In this document: piece after piece, positions 51,534 to 64,000 of the stretch | Position numbering within the stretch: position 1 is the stretch's first letter | How the letters are laid out: the number at the start of each line of letters is the position of its first letter | Assembly: GCF_006345805.1 (NCBI RefSeq) | Contig: NC_043007.1 | Span: forward strand, 22,072,001 to 22,136,000 | Length of the DNA: 64,000 bases | Source: Octopus sinensis | Taxonomy: Eukaryota | Direction: 5' to 3' | The notes under the pieces: generated by a model | What the model saw: only the letters and a program-made list of their open reading frames with translations | Told to the model about the DNA's origin: nothing | Databases searched by the model: none | Made by a program: the position numbers and the translations under genes

Positions 51534-52474
51534 TATCATTCACATGACATATCTTTCTTTTCCTACAGTTTGTAGGATAATTTCCGGTTTTTTTCCCCTC
51601 TCTTTGCAGGATAGAAGTAATTTATTATTTAATATAATTCATAGTATGAAAATTCAAACCCAAAAAGTTTAGCATTCTGTATTGTATTTACAAAAAGGAT
51701 TTTTTTTACCCATCTTCAATGTAAAGCATAGCATGAAGGTTGAAATCTAATTAAAGTTAAGTATTCTAGTCTATATTGTTGTTTCTTTTCATTTTTGTTT
51801 TCATCGTCTCCATACGCATGGTTTGATATTGGTATATTTCATCGGTACAGCTCGTGGACAATTAGTAGATTTAAGTCAAAGTTAAGTCCTGCAGCGTGAT
51901 GTATGCAAATAGGTGTAAAAGAAAAATGAAATGAAATGGAAGTGCAATCAGTGATATCTTTGTCTTATTTCTTTATTGCCCACAAGGGGTTACACACAGA
52001 GGGGACAAACAATGACAGACAAACGGATTAAGTCGATTACATCGACCCCAGTGCGTAACTGGTACTTATTTAATTGACCCCGGGAGGATGAAAGGCAAAG
52101 TCAACCTCAGCGGAATTTGAACTCAGAACGTAGCAGCAGATGAAATACCGCTAAGCAATTTGCCTTAATCTGTTTGTCTGTCCTTATTTGTCCCCTCTGT
52201 GTTTAGCCCCTTGTGGGTAATAAAGACATATATACACATCCCTATAAATCTGAGTATTGTGCTTACATATATATATGTATATTCTTTCTAATTTTGCCAC
52301 AAGGCCAGCAATTTTTAAGGGAGAGGGCAAGTCAACCCCAATACCTTCTTTAATTGATCCCGAAAAGATCCATAAATCACAGAACATTATGAGTCAGGAG
52401 AAATACCACAAAGCATTTTCCCAGCACTCTAACTATTCTTCCAGCTCATCTTCTTTTTCATCATCATCATTTAA

Positions 52475-52695
52475 CCCTTTAGCATTTAAACCGACCATAT
52501 CCGGCCAAAAGTATTCTGCCTGTTTTATGTTGAAACTGGCCAAATCTGGTCTCTCGCACCAACCCTACAATATCGTTTTAAAAATTAACAGCTACCTCAT
52601 CAAAACCTCATAGCTACAAGATAATGCATGATTAGTTCAAAGCAATGTGGATAAAGAAGCATTAATTTTGGCAGAATAATGTGAACACTAAAGGG
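52475..52695. mobile_element. piggyBac-type MITE family A
   Basis: TTAA TSD with CCCTTTAG TIRs. Confidence 0.85.
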
Positions 52696-54066
52696 TTAAT
52701 ATTCGTTTTCCATGCTGGCATGGGTTGGACGGTTTGACAGGAGCTGGCTAGGCTAGGCAGGAGACTGCACCAGGCTTCACTGTCTGTTTTGGCAGGGTTT
52801 TTACAGTTGAATGCTCTTCCAAACATCAACCAACTTACATTGGATTCTGTTAGGCAGTGGATAATTCATAGGCGGCGAGCTGGCAGAATCGTTAGCACGC
52901 TGGGCGAAATGCGTAGCCGTATTTTGTCCGCCGTTACGTTCTGAGTTCAAATTCCGCCGAGGTCGACTTTGCCTTTCATCCTTTCGGGGTTGATAAATAA
53001 AGTACCAGTTACGCACTGGGGTCGATGTAATCAACTTAATCTGTTTGTCTGTCCTTGTTTGTCCCCTCTATGTTTAGCCCTTTGTCGGCAGTAAAGAAAT
53101 ACATAGACAAGTGACCAAATCTCTGATCTTATTTTAATTAAGCAAAATAGAAATGCTTCAATTAGTTTAATGTCTCAGGGAAAGGTATGACATTAAAAGC
53201 TGTCCATGTATTTCATTTATACGAATTTCCTTTGGTTTTGCTACATGAACTATTGTTTTGAGTGCCAGAAGGACTTTCATAAAATATAAAGCACAAATTG
53301 TAATTATACTTCACAGTTGAATTACAGTTATAAAATTTCAAATTTTTCTGTGAGTTCTAAGGTATGGAAAACCTTTGGTTTTCCATACCTTAGATTTCTC
53401 CCCACCAAAAAAAAAAGAAAAAAATAGGGGTGAGCTTGGTAGCCCTGGCTGGACTACTTTCATCATTGGTTGACTCAGTCAGGACTGACATGGAGCTAAG
53501 CACAAACAACAACCACCATTCTCAATCAAAATAATGATGATTGACTAATTAAATGTTTTCTTTATCTCACAACATATTTACTTTTAGTAAGATTTTCAAT
53601 TAATTTCTCAGCATTAAATATGTCAATACTAGTGAACTAATCAATAAATTATGTCCTAGGTTCTCAGTAATTATAATTACTGAGGGATTTAGATTTGCTA
53701 GAATCAAGACTGATGTAACTAGTTACTTTATTTAATGCTATATAAGAATGATACTCATGAGCCATCAAGAGAAATGTCTGTATAGTTGCTCAGCGTGTTA
53801 GAAATAGTAACCAAATTTCCCTCAAATCATACCTTTGTCTTAAAAGAGAGAGAGAGAGAAGGAAGAGCCACACTGGATAATATTGTCCTAGTTGTACTAC
53901 CTGAAATACAGATGGAATGGTCACATCTGGAATACTTTTCATCATAGATCTGCTCATTTAGAGATAATCTGGGGCTTAGAAACAATTTAATCTCAGTGAC
54001 TGCAATATATGTCATAAATAAAACCTTATAATCTGTTAATGCAATTAACTACATGTTTAATGTTAA

Positions 54067-54475
54067 CCCTTTCATTACTATATTTATTTTAAGATGCTCT
54101 GTTTCTTTCAATTAATTTTAAATATAACAAAGAATTTAGTAAAAATAACTTAGTTATCGTTCAGTTAGTGTTAGGAACATAAATTGTGACTTAAGTTTGG
54201 TGAAAGATTTTAATTCAGAACTTATGAAAACAAGACATTTGTACTACAGAGCCAGAGCTGGTTTCAGCCATTTGAGATGCTCTGTGTTTCTTTCAATTAA
54301 TTTTAAATATAACAAAGAATTTAGTAAAATAACTTAGTTACCATTAAGCTAGTGTTAGGAACATAAATTGTGACTAAGGTTTAGTGGAAGATTTTAATTC
54401 AGAACTTATGAAAACAAGACATTTGTACTACAGATCCACAGGTGGTTCAGCCAGGTTGGTATCGATAAGAGGTTT
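54067..54475. mobile_element. Family B dimer, reverse orientation
   Basis: Same internal junction (gtttcagccat/ttgagatgctc) as the other dimers. Confidence 0.8.
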
Positions 54476-56607
54476 ATTGCCTCATTTTTGTGTGTTTTTT
54501 TGTAGTTGAAAATCAAAAGAAACTTTGTAATGAAAACTGAATATTTATTGCCTTTAAATATGACTATTTAACTCCAATCTGATCTGGCAGAGTTTCTACA
54601 GCTGGATGCCCTTCCTAACACCAACCACTCCGAGATTTTAGTGGGTGCTTTTACATGCCACCGGTACGAGGGCCAGTTAGGTAGTACTGGTAATGGCCAC
54701 GCTCAAATGGTGCTTTTTATCTGCCACCTGCACAGTAGCCAGTCGAACAGCACTGGCAACGACCTCGCTCGAATGTTTTTTTCATGTGTCACCAGCACAA
54801 GTGCTAGTAAGGCGACGCAGGTAACGATCACGCTTGAATTGTAGCTATTTACATCTGACTCTATGAGGAACTCTGTATTGCACCAATGATGTGATGCAGA
54901 CTACCAACTCCATGACTGATTCAATTAGCTGTAACTCTATAATCTTCTAATATCTATTTCTTTACTACCCACAAGGGGCTAAACAAGGACAGACAAACAG
55001 ATTAGGTCGATTATATCGACCCCAGTGCGTAACTGGTACTTATTTAATTGACCCCAAAAAGATGAAAGGCAAACTCGACCTCGGCGGAATTTGAACTCAG
55101 AATGTAGCGGCAGACGAAATACCGCTAAGCATTTCACCCGGCGTGCTAACGTTTCTGCCAGCTCACCGCCTTATAATCTACTACCACCATACTACCACGA
55201 GCTAATGAAGAAGCCTCTACATGATTGCTTGACCTGCTAGAAATAGCAGGCAGATTTTCGCAACCATGTTCCATCAGCTTAAAGTACACACACATTCAGT
55301 AATTTCTTCTTAGGACTGACATGGAGCTAAGCACAAACAACAACTGCCATTCTCAATTGTATTCCTAAATATGCTGCTAAAAAGCAGGATGGTCATAGCT
55401 GGAGTGCCCTTGATCATAGTTTCTGCTTGAGCAAGTTTGATCTGGAGCTAAACAACAGCTATGCCTAGTAATCTAAAAACTATATAAAATTGGCATCCCT
55501 CCAGTCTGCAAATTCATTATATTAATCCTTTAGTATTTAAACTAGCCACATCTGGCCTGTTTTGTGTTCAAACTGGCTGGATCTGGTCTTTCACACTTCT
55601 CCTACAATGCCATTCTAAAAATAAACAATTACATCATTTAAATCTCACAGCTATAATAAGATAATATAGGGTTAATTAAAAACTGTGGATAAATAAGTAT
55701 TGTGTTTGACAGAATAAACTGAATGCTAAAGGGTTAAGTAGATGTTGGTATTTTTGACCATTGCAACTATTATCAAGTTCTGTTCCATGAATCCTTCTAA
55801 AAAAAAACAAAACAAACAACAGCTGGAAATTAAGGGTGTACTGACCCCCACTCCCCACCTTATATGTATGCAAAAAATTATGGTGAACTGCGTTCTAAAA
55901 CTTTTATCATGTTATGGCTTAAATAATTACTCACCTTGTCAGAATGTTATTAATAAGATTTAAATACTAAAAAAAACGAAGAAATAGAAAGAGAAAAAAA
56001 AGTGGGGTGGGGTGGGGTGGTAACAGCAGAAGGGGGAGGAGGAGGGGGTAATGAGCCACACTCACAAGAACAAGTGGCGTGCTCAGCTGTGCCCCACAGT
56101 CATGATTGTGATGGCGTTGCCGTGGGGAATGGCCCGTATTTTATTTTTCTTAATCATTCAATATGATCTCAAAATATCCTCATCATCATCATCAAGCCCT
56201 GGACAATTACTACCTCAACATTACTATGAATTCTATCTCTAGAACTCATTGGGCCGGTTACCCGGTGACTGAGATCACAACACCCCCAGAGAGCAGAACC
56301 CCAGTCCATTGCAGGGTCAATCATTTTTGCCAGTTGAGTGGACTGGAGCAATGTGAAATACAGTGTCTTGCTCAACGACACAGTGCACCACTGGTATTTG
56401 AGCTCATGATCTTTTGATCATGTACCGGATATTCTAGCCGTTAAGCCACATGGCTTCATAGAAGCTTCTGATTGTAAAGAGCAAATTGACATCTTTATAT
56501 GTATTACTATCTAAATAACTTAATTTAATTAATTAATTGTCCTTGGCAGGATTTGCATTCAGAATCATTAGCTTATTTGATCATCAGTTATTATCCAATT
56601 TCATTAA

Positions 56608-57564
56608 CCCTTTCGTTACTGTATTTATTTTGAGATGCTCTGTGGCGCTTTCAATTACTTTAAATATAACAAAGAATTTAGTAAAATAACTTAGTTATCA
56701 TTCAGCTTGTGTTAGGAACATAAATTGTGACTAAGGTTTGGTGGAAGATTTTAATTCAAAACTTTTGAAAACAAGACATTTGTACTCAGAGCCAGAACTG
56801 GTTTCAGCTGGGTTGGTAATGAAAGAGTTAAGGTGGCACCATCACTAGTGTTTTCTACATGGCACCAGCATGAGTGCTTTTAATCCCTTTGTTACCATAT
56901 TTCTGTTGAGACGCTCTGTGTTTCTTTCAATTAATTTTAAATATAACAAAGAATTTAGTAAAATAACTTGGTTATCATTAAGCTAGTGTTAGGAACGTAA
57001 ATTGTGACTAAGGTTTGGTGGAAGATTTTAATTCAAAACTTTTGAAAACAAGACATTTGTACTACAGGGCCAGAAGTGGTTTCAGGTGGGTTGGTATCAA
57101 AAGGGTTAAGGTGGCACCATCACTAGTGCTTTCTACATGACACCAGCATGAGTGCTTTTAACCCTTTTGTTCCCATATTTCTGTTGAGATGCTCTGGACT
57201 TCTTTCAATTAATTTTAAATATAACAAAGAATTTAGTAAAATAACTTGGTTATCATTAAGTATTAGGGACATAAATTGTGACTAAGGTTTGGTGGAAGAT
57301 TTTAATTCAAAACTTATGAAAACAAAACATTTGTACTACAAAGCCAGAGCCGGTTTCAGCCATTTGAGATCCTCTGTGTGTCTTTCAATTATTTTTAAAT
57401 ATAAAAAAAAGAATTTAGTCAAATAACTTAGTTATCATTCAGCTAGTGTTAGGAACATAAATTGTGACTTAGGTTTGGTGGAAGATTTTAATTCAAAACT
57501 CATGAAAACAAAACATTTGTACTCAGAGCCAGAGGTGGTTTCAGCCGGGTTGGTAACGAAAGGG
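56608..57564. mobile_element. Family B composite: monomer-spacer-monomer-spacer-dimer, reverse orientation
   Basis: Spacers 56832-56879 and 57110-57157 are reverse complements of the spacer at 26036-26083. Confidence 0.85.
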
Positions 57565-57975
57565 TTAAATTTGTATCAAGTTAATCAAATGAGCTGGCTC
57601 TCCTAAACTGGTGAGGATGATATGATTGCCACTCAACTTGAACATCTTTAAGGAAAACTATAGGCAGGGATGGATGTTCTAAATTTGGGAATTTTTGCTT
57701 TCAATACTTATTTTCAGTAAATTTAGACATAAGTACTGTTCTCAGGAGTGCCAAGCATCTCCTCTTTGCTAATCACATTCAGTGATTTTATCAACGTAGT
57801 CTCACTATATAAATAAATTGTTATTGTCTTAAATGTTGGAGTAAGTCAGTTTCTAGTCTCTCTTTCTAGCACTGCATGAATGAAACCGATGAACCATATC
57901 TAGAAAAATAACGGTAACAATATGATTTAATCATAATATTCACATGATTAAGCTATATTGTTACTATTAGTTCCA

Positions 57976-58011
57976 AGCACTTCCCAGCCTTTTGGCCAAG
58001 ATCAAAGTGTG
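57976..58011 (+). pseudogene. 3'-truncated U2 snRNA retrocopy (about nt 1-35) with 13-bp TSD
   Basis: cttcccagccttttggccaagatcaaagtgt matches the U2 5' end (cttctcggccttttggctaagatcaaagtgt, recalled) at 28/31. Flanked by ctattagttccaa (57964-57976) and ctattagtttcaa (58012-58024). Confidence 0.8.
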
Positions 58012-58470
58012 CTATTAGTTTCAACATAGTTTAGCCAATATTCTGGTTTGATTAAACAATATTGTTACTATTTCTGGATAATAGATAATTGATGGAATGC
58101 CAAGAAGATGAGCTGTTTGTTAGCTTAGAGTGGAAATTGGGCTAAGGTTAATGTATATTTCCAGTCATATGGCGGCTCTAATTAAACACATACAAGTAAA
58201 TTCCATTTATACAATTTTGAAGTTTTAATTAAAAAAAAAACAATCGGCTAAAAAATTACATTTACTCTTTTACTCTTTACTCTTTTACTTGTTTCAGTCA
58301 TTTGACTGTGGCCATGCTGGAGCACTGCCTTTAGTCGAGCAAATCGACCCCAGGACTTATTCTTTGTAAGCCTAGTACTTATTCTATCGGTCTCTTTTGC
58401 CGAACCGCTAAGTTAAAGTGACGTAAACACACCAGCATCGGTTGTCAAGTGATGTTGGGGGGACAAACAG

Positions 58471-58511
<41 letters not shown>

Positions 58512-58826
58512 TACGACGGGCTTCTTTCAGTTTCCGTCTACCAAATCCACTCACAAGGCTTTGGTCAGCCCAAGGCTATAGTAGAAGACACTTGCCCAAG
58601 GTGCCACGCAGTGGGACTGAACCTGGATCCATGTGTTTGGTAAACAAGCTACTTACCACACAGCCACTCCTATTTTTTACAAATTTATTGTTAGTATTTG
58701 TATTGTCAACATATTTATGTAAAATGCTAACTCTAATGTGTTCCAAGTTATAAACTATGAATTTTCTATTTAGAAATAAAGCTGAATGACACAAATAATA
58801 GGGAGCTTTGACAGCATTTAGTTATA

Positions 58827-59258
58827 TCTGTATATATGAAAGGCAGGAGGTGTGTATGTGTGTGTGTGTGTGTACGTGAATGTAATTTATGCACATCCAC
58901 AAATTAGCATGCATGTCGCTCCAATTTTAGGAGGACATTCATCATGATCCTAGCTGTATTTTCGTCAGCTTATTTTCCCCCAGAGGCACCAGCGAATAGC
59001 AGTAAAAATAAATTTTCAACCAAAACTTTTAACAATTTTCAAGTCAGAGAAATCACCATTGTTTGCAAACAGGAGTTAAGTCCCCTTCTAGCGACGAGTA
59101 AGTTTTTGTTTAGACTTTTGTTGGTTTTTTTTTATCCATCGAGAAAAAAGTGTTTCGTTGATATACGGGCAATACACACACACGAACATGTATGCAATAG
59201 GTGTACGTACATACATGTGTGTGTGTGTTGCCCATTATATATACATATATACATATAT

Positions 59259-59306
<48 letters not shown>

Positions 59307-59456
59307 TATATATACATACACACACACTATATATATATACATATAAACCAATTTCAAGGGATTTTGCCCAAATTTGATGTCAATGTTACTTAGTTTGGTT
59401 TGAAATAAAGAACTTGATTAGCTTAATCCTGGGCAAAAACCGGGTTATACTGCTAG
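58827..59456 (+). mobile_element. Non-autonomous Helitron with internal microsatellites
   Basis: A|TCtgtatatatgaaagg...(GT)n ... cctgggcaaaaaccggg hairpin, tatactgCTAG|T. Confidence 0.55.
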
Positions 59457-62400
59457 TCCCTTTATATTATTAGTTCAAATCCTATAAGAGTGGATAAAAT
59501 AAGTGCTAATATTGTTCTGGAGGTTAAAGCAGTGAGCTGGCAGAACCTTTAGCACGCCATGCAAAATGCTTAGTTGCAGTTTGTCCATCATTACACTCTG
59601 AATTCAAATTCTGCTGTGGTTGACTTCGCCTTTCATCCTTTCAAGATCAATAGAATAAGTACCAGTTGAACACTGGGGTCGATGCAGTCGACTTACTCCC
59701 TTCCCTGAAATTGCTGGCCTTGTGCCAAAATTTGAAATCAGTATTGTTCTGGAGTTGATCCAATCAGTTGCACACCCTCCTTACAATTTGTGGATTAGAA
59801 CCAATGTAAGAATTCAATATTTTATTCAGAATTGAAATTTAGTTTAAAGAGGAAGAAGAACTCATTTATTAGAACATTAGAATTATAATGTTATGGTTTA
59901 AACTATGGTCTTAGAATTGCATCTAAAAAGCAAAGCTTTATATGTTGTTTTGAACTCTGGAAAAATGGCTTTATTGTAAGAATTAGCTTCATGCCTTATA
60001 TGTTTTTCATCATCAGGTGTTGTGTTCTCATTTAAGTATTATGAAAAGAGATCTGTTTTTTTTTATCTGTTACAAACCACTTATAGATGAGACCAGTCTG
60101 AAATAATCCCATCATAAGCTGTCATGAATAAAAGCTGAAAGGACCAGTAATCATTTTTGGTTTCTATTTTATTAACCTTTAGCATGCTGTAGGTGCATCA
60201 TGTTGCCATATAAGTTTTGTCCCTTCTCAATGTGACACAATGCAGCTGCAGCAGCAATAACTCATACGGTGACATGATGCACCAAAGTGTGCTAAAAGTT
60301 AAAATAAACACTTTTCTGAATAGGTTGCTAGGTTTTCTTTTAATGTTAGCAACTGTTTTCAACTTGTCTTCATTGAAAGCAATGAATTACTTGAAGGATT
60401 TATTATTCAATAAAACCTTTAATTCTTAATAATGCATCTTATATGTTACCTATAAAGGACCTAGTCAGCCATGATTCCTGTTTTGGCTGATATCAACTGT
60501 CATTATTTCCGGAGATGTACTTGTCTGGCAAATGATTCCATCTGAGGTTGTGTGTTGAAACTAAAACATTTACAGGATGAAAGACACATAATACCTGTCC
60601 AAAAGCACACAACAGACTGTTAACTCCACTTAAACATTTATTATTTGATGTTGAAATTTTCCTCACCAAATAATAAATGTTGAAGTGAAGTTAACTCAAT
60701 AATATATTAAAAATTTGGTAAAAAAAACCCCAAAAAACAGTAGGTTCATAGCAAGCAAAATTCTTAGTCTTATTTAAAATCTATTGTTGAAGTTATTTCA
60801 CTTCACTCAAGCTATTAATGCAATTTAAAAAGTAATGAGCATCACAATTTTTCTTATAAACACAAGGGTTTTTTACCTTAAAAGTTTTTTTAAATGTATC
60901 TTTTGAGCAGGAATTAGTAGTTTGAATTGCTTCTTCTCATTCCTTATTTCACTTCAACAAAAATTGTTGTTTCTAAAGTTGCTGCCGAGTCAATTATTTT
61001 CTCTCTTTATACTGGTAAAAACCTTTTTATTAGTAAGTAATTTGTAGTTTTTCATTGTTGAAAATGAAATCTTTGATCTCAAACTTGTCAACTGATTTCC
61101 TAGGACAAACCTAGGAAATAATTGTAATGAATTTTAAAATTTTGTTTGAATGAATTCTTTTCAAAACGATTTCTGAATTTACCACCTATCATATATTAGT
61201 TTTGATTATTTTCTTAAATTCTCAGCTTTCACCAGCAAAAATTAAACATTTAAATTTTTACTGCAATCAACAATTTAACACTGGTTTGAAAGCACTATAG
61301 AGTGCGTGTATATACATATATACCTCGTTCAGAGATTTATCATATATATATATATATATGCATGTGCATATATATATATGCATGTGTATATATATATACA
61401 TAAATACATATATATATACATATATATATACATAAATACACACATATATATATACATATATATATACATAAATACACATATATATATATACATACATATA
61501 TATATATGTATATATACATATATATGTAAATATATATATATATACATATATACATACATACATACACACACACATATATATATATATATGGGTATGTATG
61601 TATATGTATATGTATATGTAAACTCTGGCTAGCTGAGTTTACATACATACACATATATATATATATATATATGGGTATGTATGTATATGGGTATGTATAT
61701 GTAAACTCTGGCTAGCTGAATCTGCTAAGGTTTAATGTGAGTTTATTTCTTAGACAAACACAATGTCTTATTAGGGAAAGGAAATTTATAATGTTTGGTG
61801 CTGTTTTCATGAGCATTGAAATAGGTGCGAATTCTCCAACATTAGGTTATATGTGTGTGTGTGTGTGTAGCACAAACATTAAAATATAACTCCTCTTGTG
61901 TAATAAGCAGAATGGGATGACTAGGCATTGCTGTTTGGGGGCTGGGGACAGTACTTTGTGGCACTGAAGGCGAATACGTACACACATCACCATGATCACC
62001 GTGACTGACCAGGCTATCAGATGTTGCTACATATCGCTGGTCACAATGTGCTTCGCTTTGTTTTAGCCTCCAAATGACGCCACCCCGCTGGCTAAGCAAG
62101 CAGGCCAACAGAAGAAAGTTGTGGTGAAAGAGTACAGCAGGGATCGCCATGACCCCCTGCCAGAGCCTCGTGGAGCTTTTTAGGTGTTTTCGCTCAATAA
62201 ACACTCACAACACCCGGTCTGGGAATCGAAACCGCGATCCTACGACCGCGAGTCTGCTGCCCTAACCACTGGGTCATTGCGCCTCCACATACACACATAT
62301 GCACACAAAAACATACACATGGAAAGATAATTAGTGAGCAAGTGCAAGAGAGGGGGAAGAAGGAGAGAGAGAGAGAGACATTACAATTTATTAATTATTA

Positions 62401-63017
62401 ATTGAACACAACTGACATAAACACCTCCCCCTCTCCTTGTACATAAAGAAAAATATGCTCACAGAGAGAAGGAGAGAGAATGTGAGCAACATGAGAATAG
62501 AAACACCAGAATGAGAAAAGCCTCAGTCTCAAATCAGCCAAGCCAAATAGGAAGTGCCTAAAGGGCTGTGCCGAAATGTCCCGTAATCCCTAATAAAACT
62601 TTGCGTCTGTGTAAGAAATTAATTAATCATCAAACTCACCTTAAAATTTTAGTATGATGGGGAAGAGGAATTGAAGTTGAAAATGACTAAATCTTGTCAT
62701 CTGCTTCTTAGATGCAGTGGAGATTTAAAAAAAAAAAGTAAAAGTAAAAAAAAAAACCCCAAAACAAAAACTTTAAACAATAGAAAAATTATATTTCTAG
62801 TAATTTATTAACTACAAATATTTTTCTATACATGTTTTAATACGCAAGATTTTTGAAGTGAAAAATTGATTTTAAGTTTTTTTAAAATTTTGTTGAATTT
62901 TAAAATTATTTGATTACATCATGTATATCTATTTATTAGGATGCTTATTGTTTATTGATATTTATAGTTAATTTTTCAAGACACTTTGTCCTTGTATTAT
63001 TTAATATTAATAATATA

Positions 63018-63048
<31 letters not shown>

Positions 63049-63062
63049 TATATATATATGAA

Positions 63063-63341
63063 TATAAATTAGGGTATCTACGAGATACCACCATGCTCTG
63101 ACTCTAAAATCACCTTAATTGTCCATATATCAACACGGAGACAAAACAAAGACACAAGATGAAACTAGTAAAAAATTACTGGATAATTCTAGATCCCGGG
63201 TTTCTGACTTTGCAATTTTTTACTAGTTTCATCTTGTGTCTTTGTTTTGTCTCCGTGTTGATATATGGATAATTAAGGTGGTTTTAGAGTCATGGCTGCT
63301 ATTTTCAGCATGGTGGTATCTCGTAGATGCCCTAATTTATA
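63063..63341. repeat. Fold-back inverted repeat, ~113-bp arms (MITE-like)
   Basis: 63063-63176 is a near-perfect reverse complement of 63214-63341, with one ~14-nt insertion in the right arm. Confidence 0.9.
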
Positions 63342-64000
63342 ATTTTAATAATTATTACCTTTGAAGGTTATTTTTTCCATGCTGACCACTTGATAAAATC
63401 GTTATTTTATGTTTAAATTAACGATCTTATCCTTATTTATATAAATATATGTATATATTCTTTTATTTTACTGCTTTAAGACAATGGACTGTGACAAGGC
63501 TGGTGGGGCACTACCTTCAGGGGTTTCAGCAATAATATCGACCCCAGTACATGTTTCAATCAGATATTTATTGCATTGATTTCTATTTGTCAAACTGCTA
63601 TGTTACAGGACATAAAACATGCTCTAGCATAAACTACCCCAGCTTTTAGATTGTAAACACAAATATGGATACAGGTGCACGCACACACATATATGTATGG
63701 TATGTATATATGTGTATGAAACCTGGATTAACAATAGATCAAATCATCAGGTTTGTTCCGTTCCTTTCCTTCAGTGTGTAGACCTAATGTATGTGCGTGT
63801 TTATATATATGCATATATTCATATTCCATAACTGCCATCTCTGAAGAGTACAGGATTACATCATCAAGCTGTTATCTAACACTCAGTTCAATCCTTAGTG
63901 CGAAACTGACTAGTAAGATTGGCCATAATGAATATATAATATTTAACACTTCAAATTATATATATACATACACAAACTTATGTTTTCATATTTAGTGTTG

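Noticed and set aside
56608-57564. Repeat-spacer-repeat pattern resembling CRISPR
   Set aside because: The spacers are identical to each other and the repeats are ~220-bp TTAA-flanked MITEs.

Overview
AT-rich, repeat-dense animal genomic DNA. The SINE, MITE and microsatellite content points to an octopod cephalopod (inference). Two protein-coding genes are supported. (1) An 8-exon eIF3 subunit K gene on the minus strand (CDS 34828 to 20307, 696 nt, 231 aa), assembled by hand with all introns GT-AG and phase-compatible; the ORF track largely misses it. (2) An intronless ~684-aa BTB-BACK protein with a degenerate Kelch-like C-terminus on the plus strand (41829-43883). The rest is mobile-element derived: at least four tRNA-type SINE families, two TTAA-flanked piggyBac-type MITE families, a Tc2/pogo-like MITE, non-autonomous Helitrons, a Tc1/mariner transposase relic, RTE and CR1 LINE fragments, and kb-scale (TA/TATG/TATGCA)n arrays. 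The most notable unexplained structures are a complete minimal type I hammerhead ribozyme motif antisense in the last eIF3k intron (20517-20556), a 5'-inverted RTE insertion with an 11-bp target-site duplication (TSD), a 3'-truncated U2 snRNA retrocopy with a TSD, composite and self-nested piggyBac MITEs carrying captured spacers, and an unclassified tandem-plus-inverted element in eIF3k intron 1. Element boundaries other than exons, TSDs and TIRs are approximate. No database searches were run.
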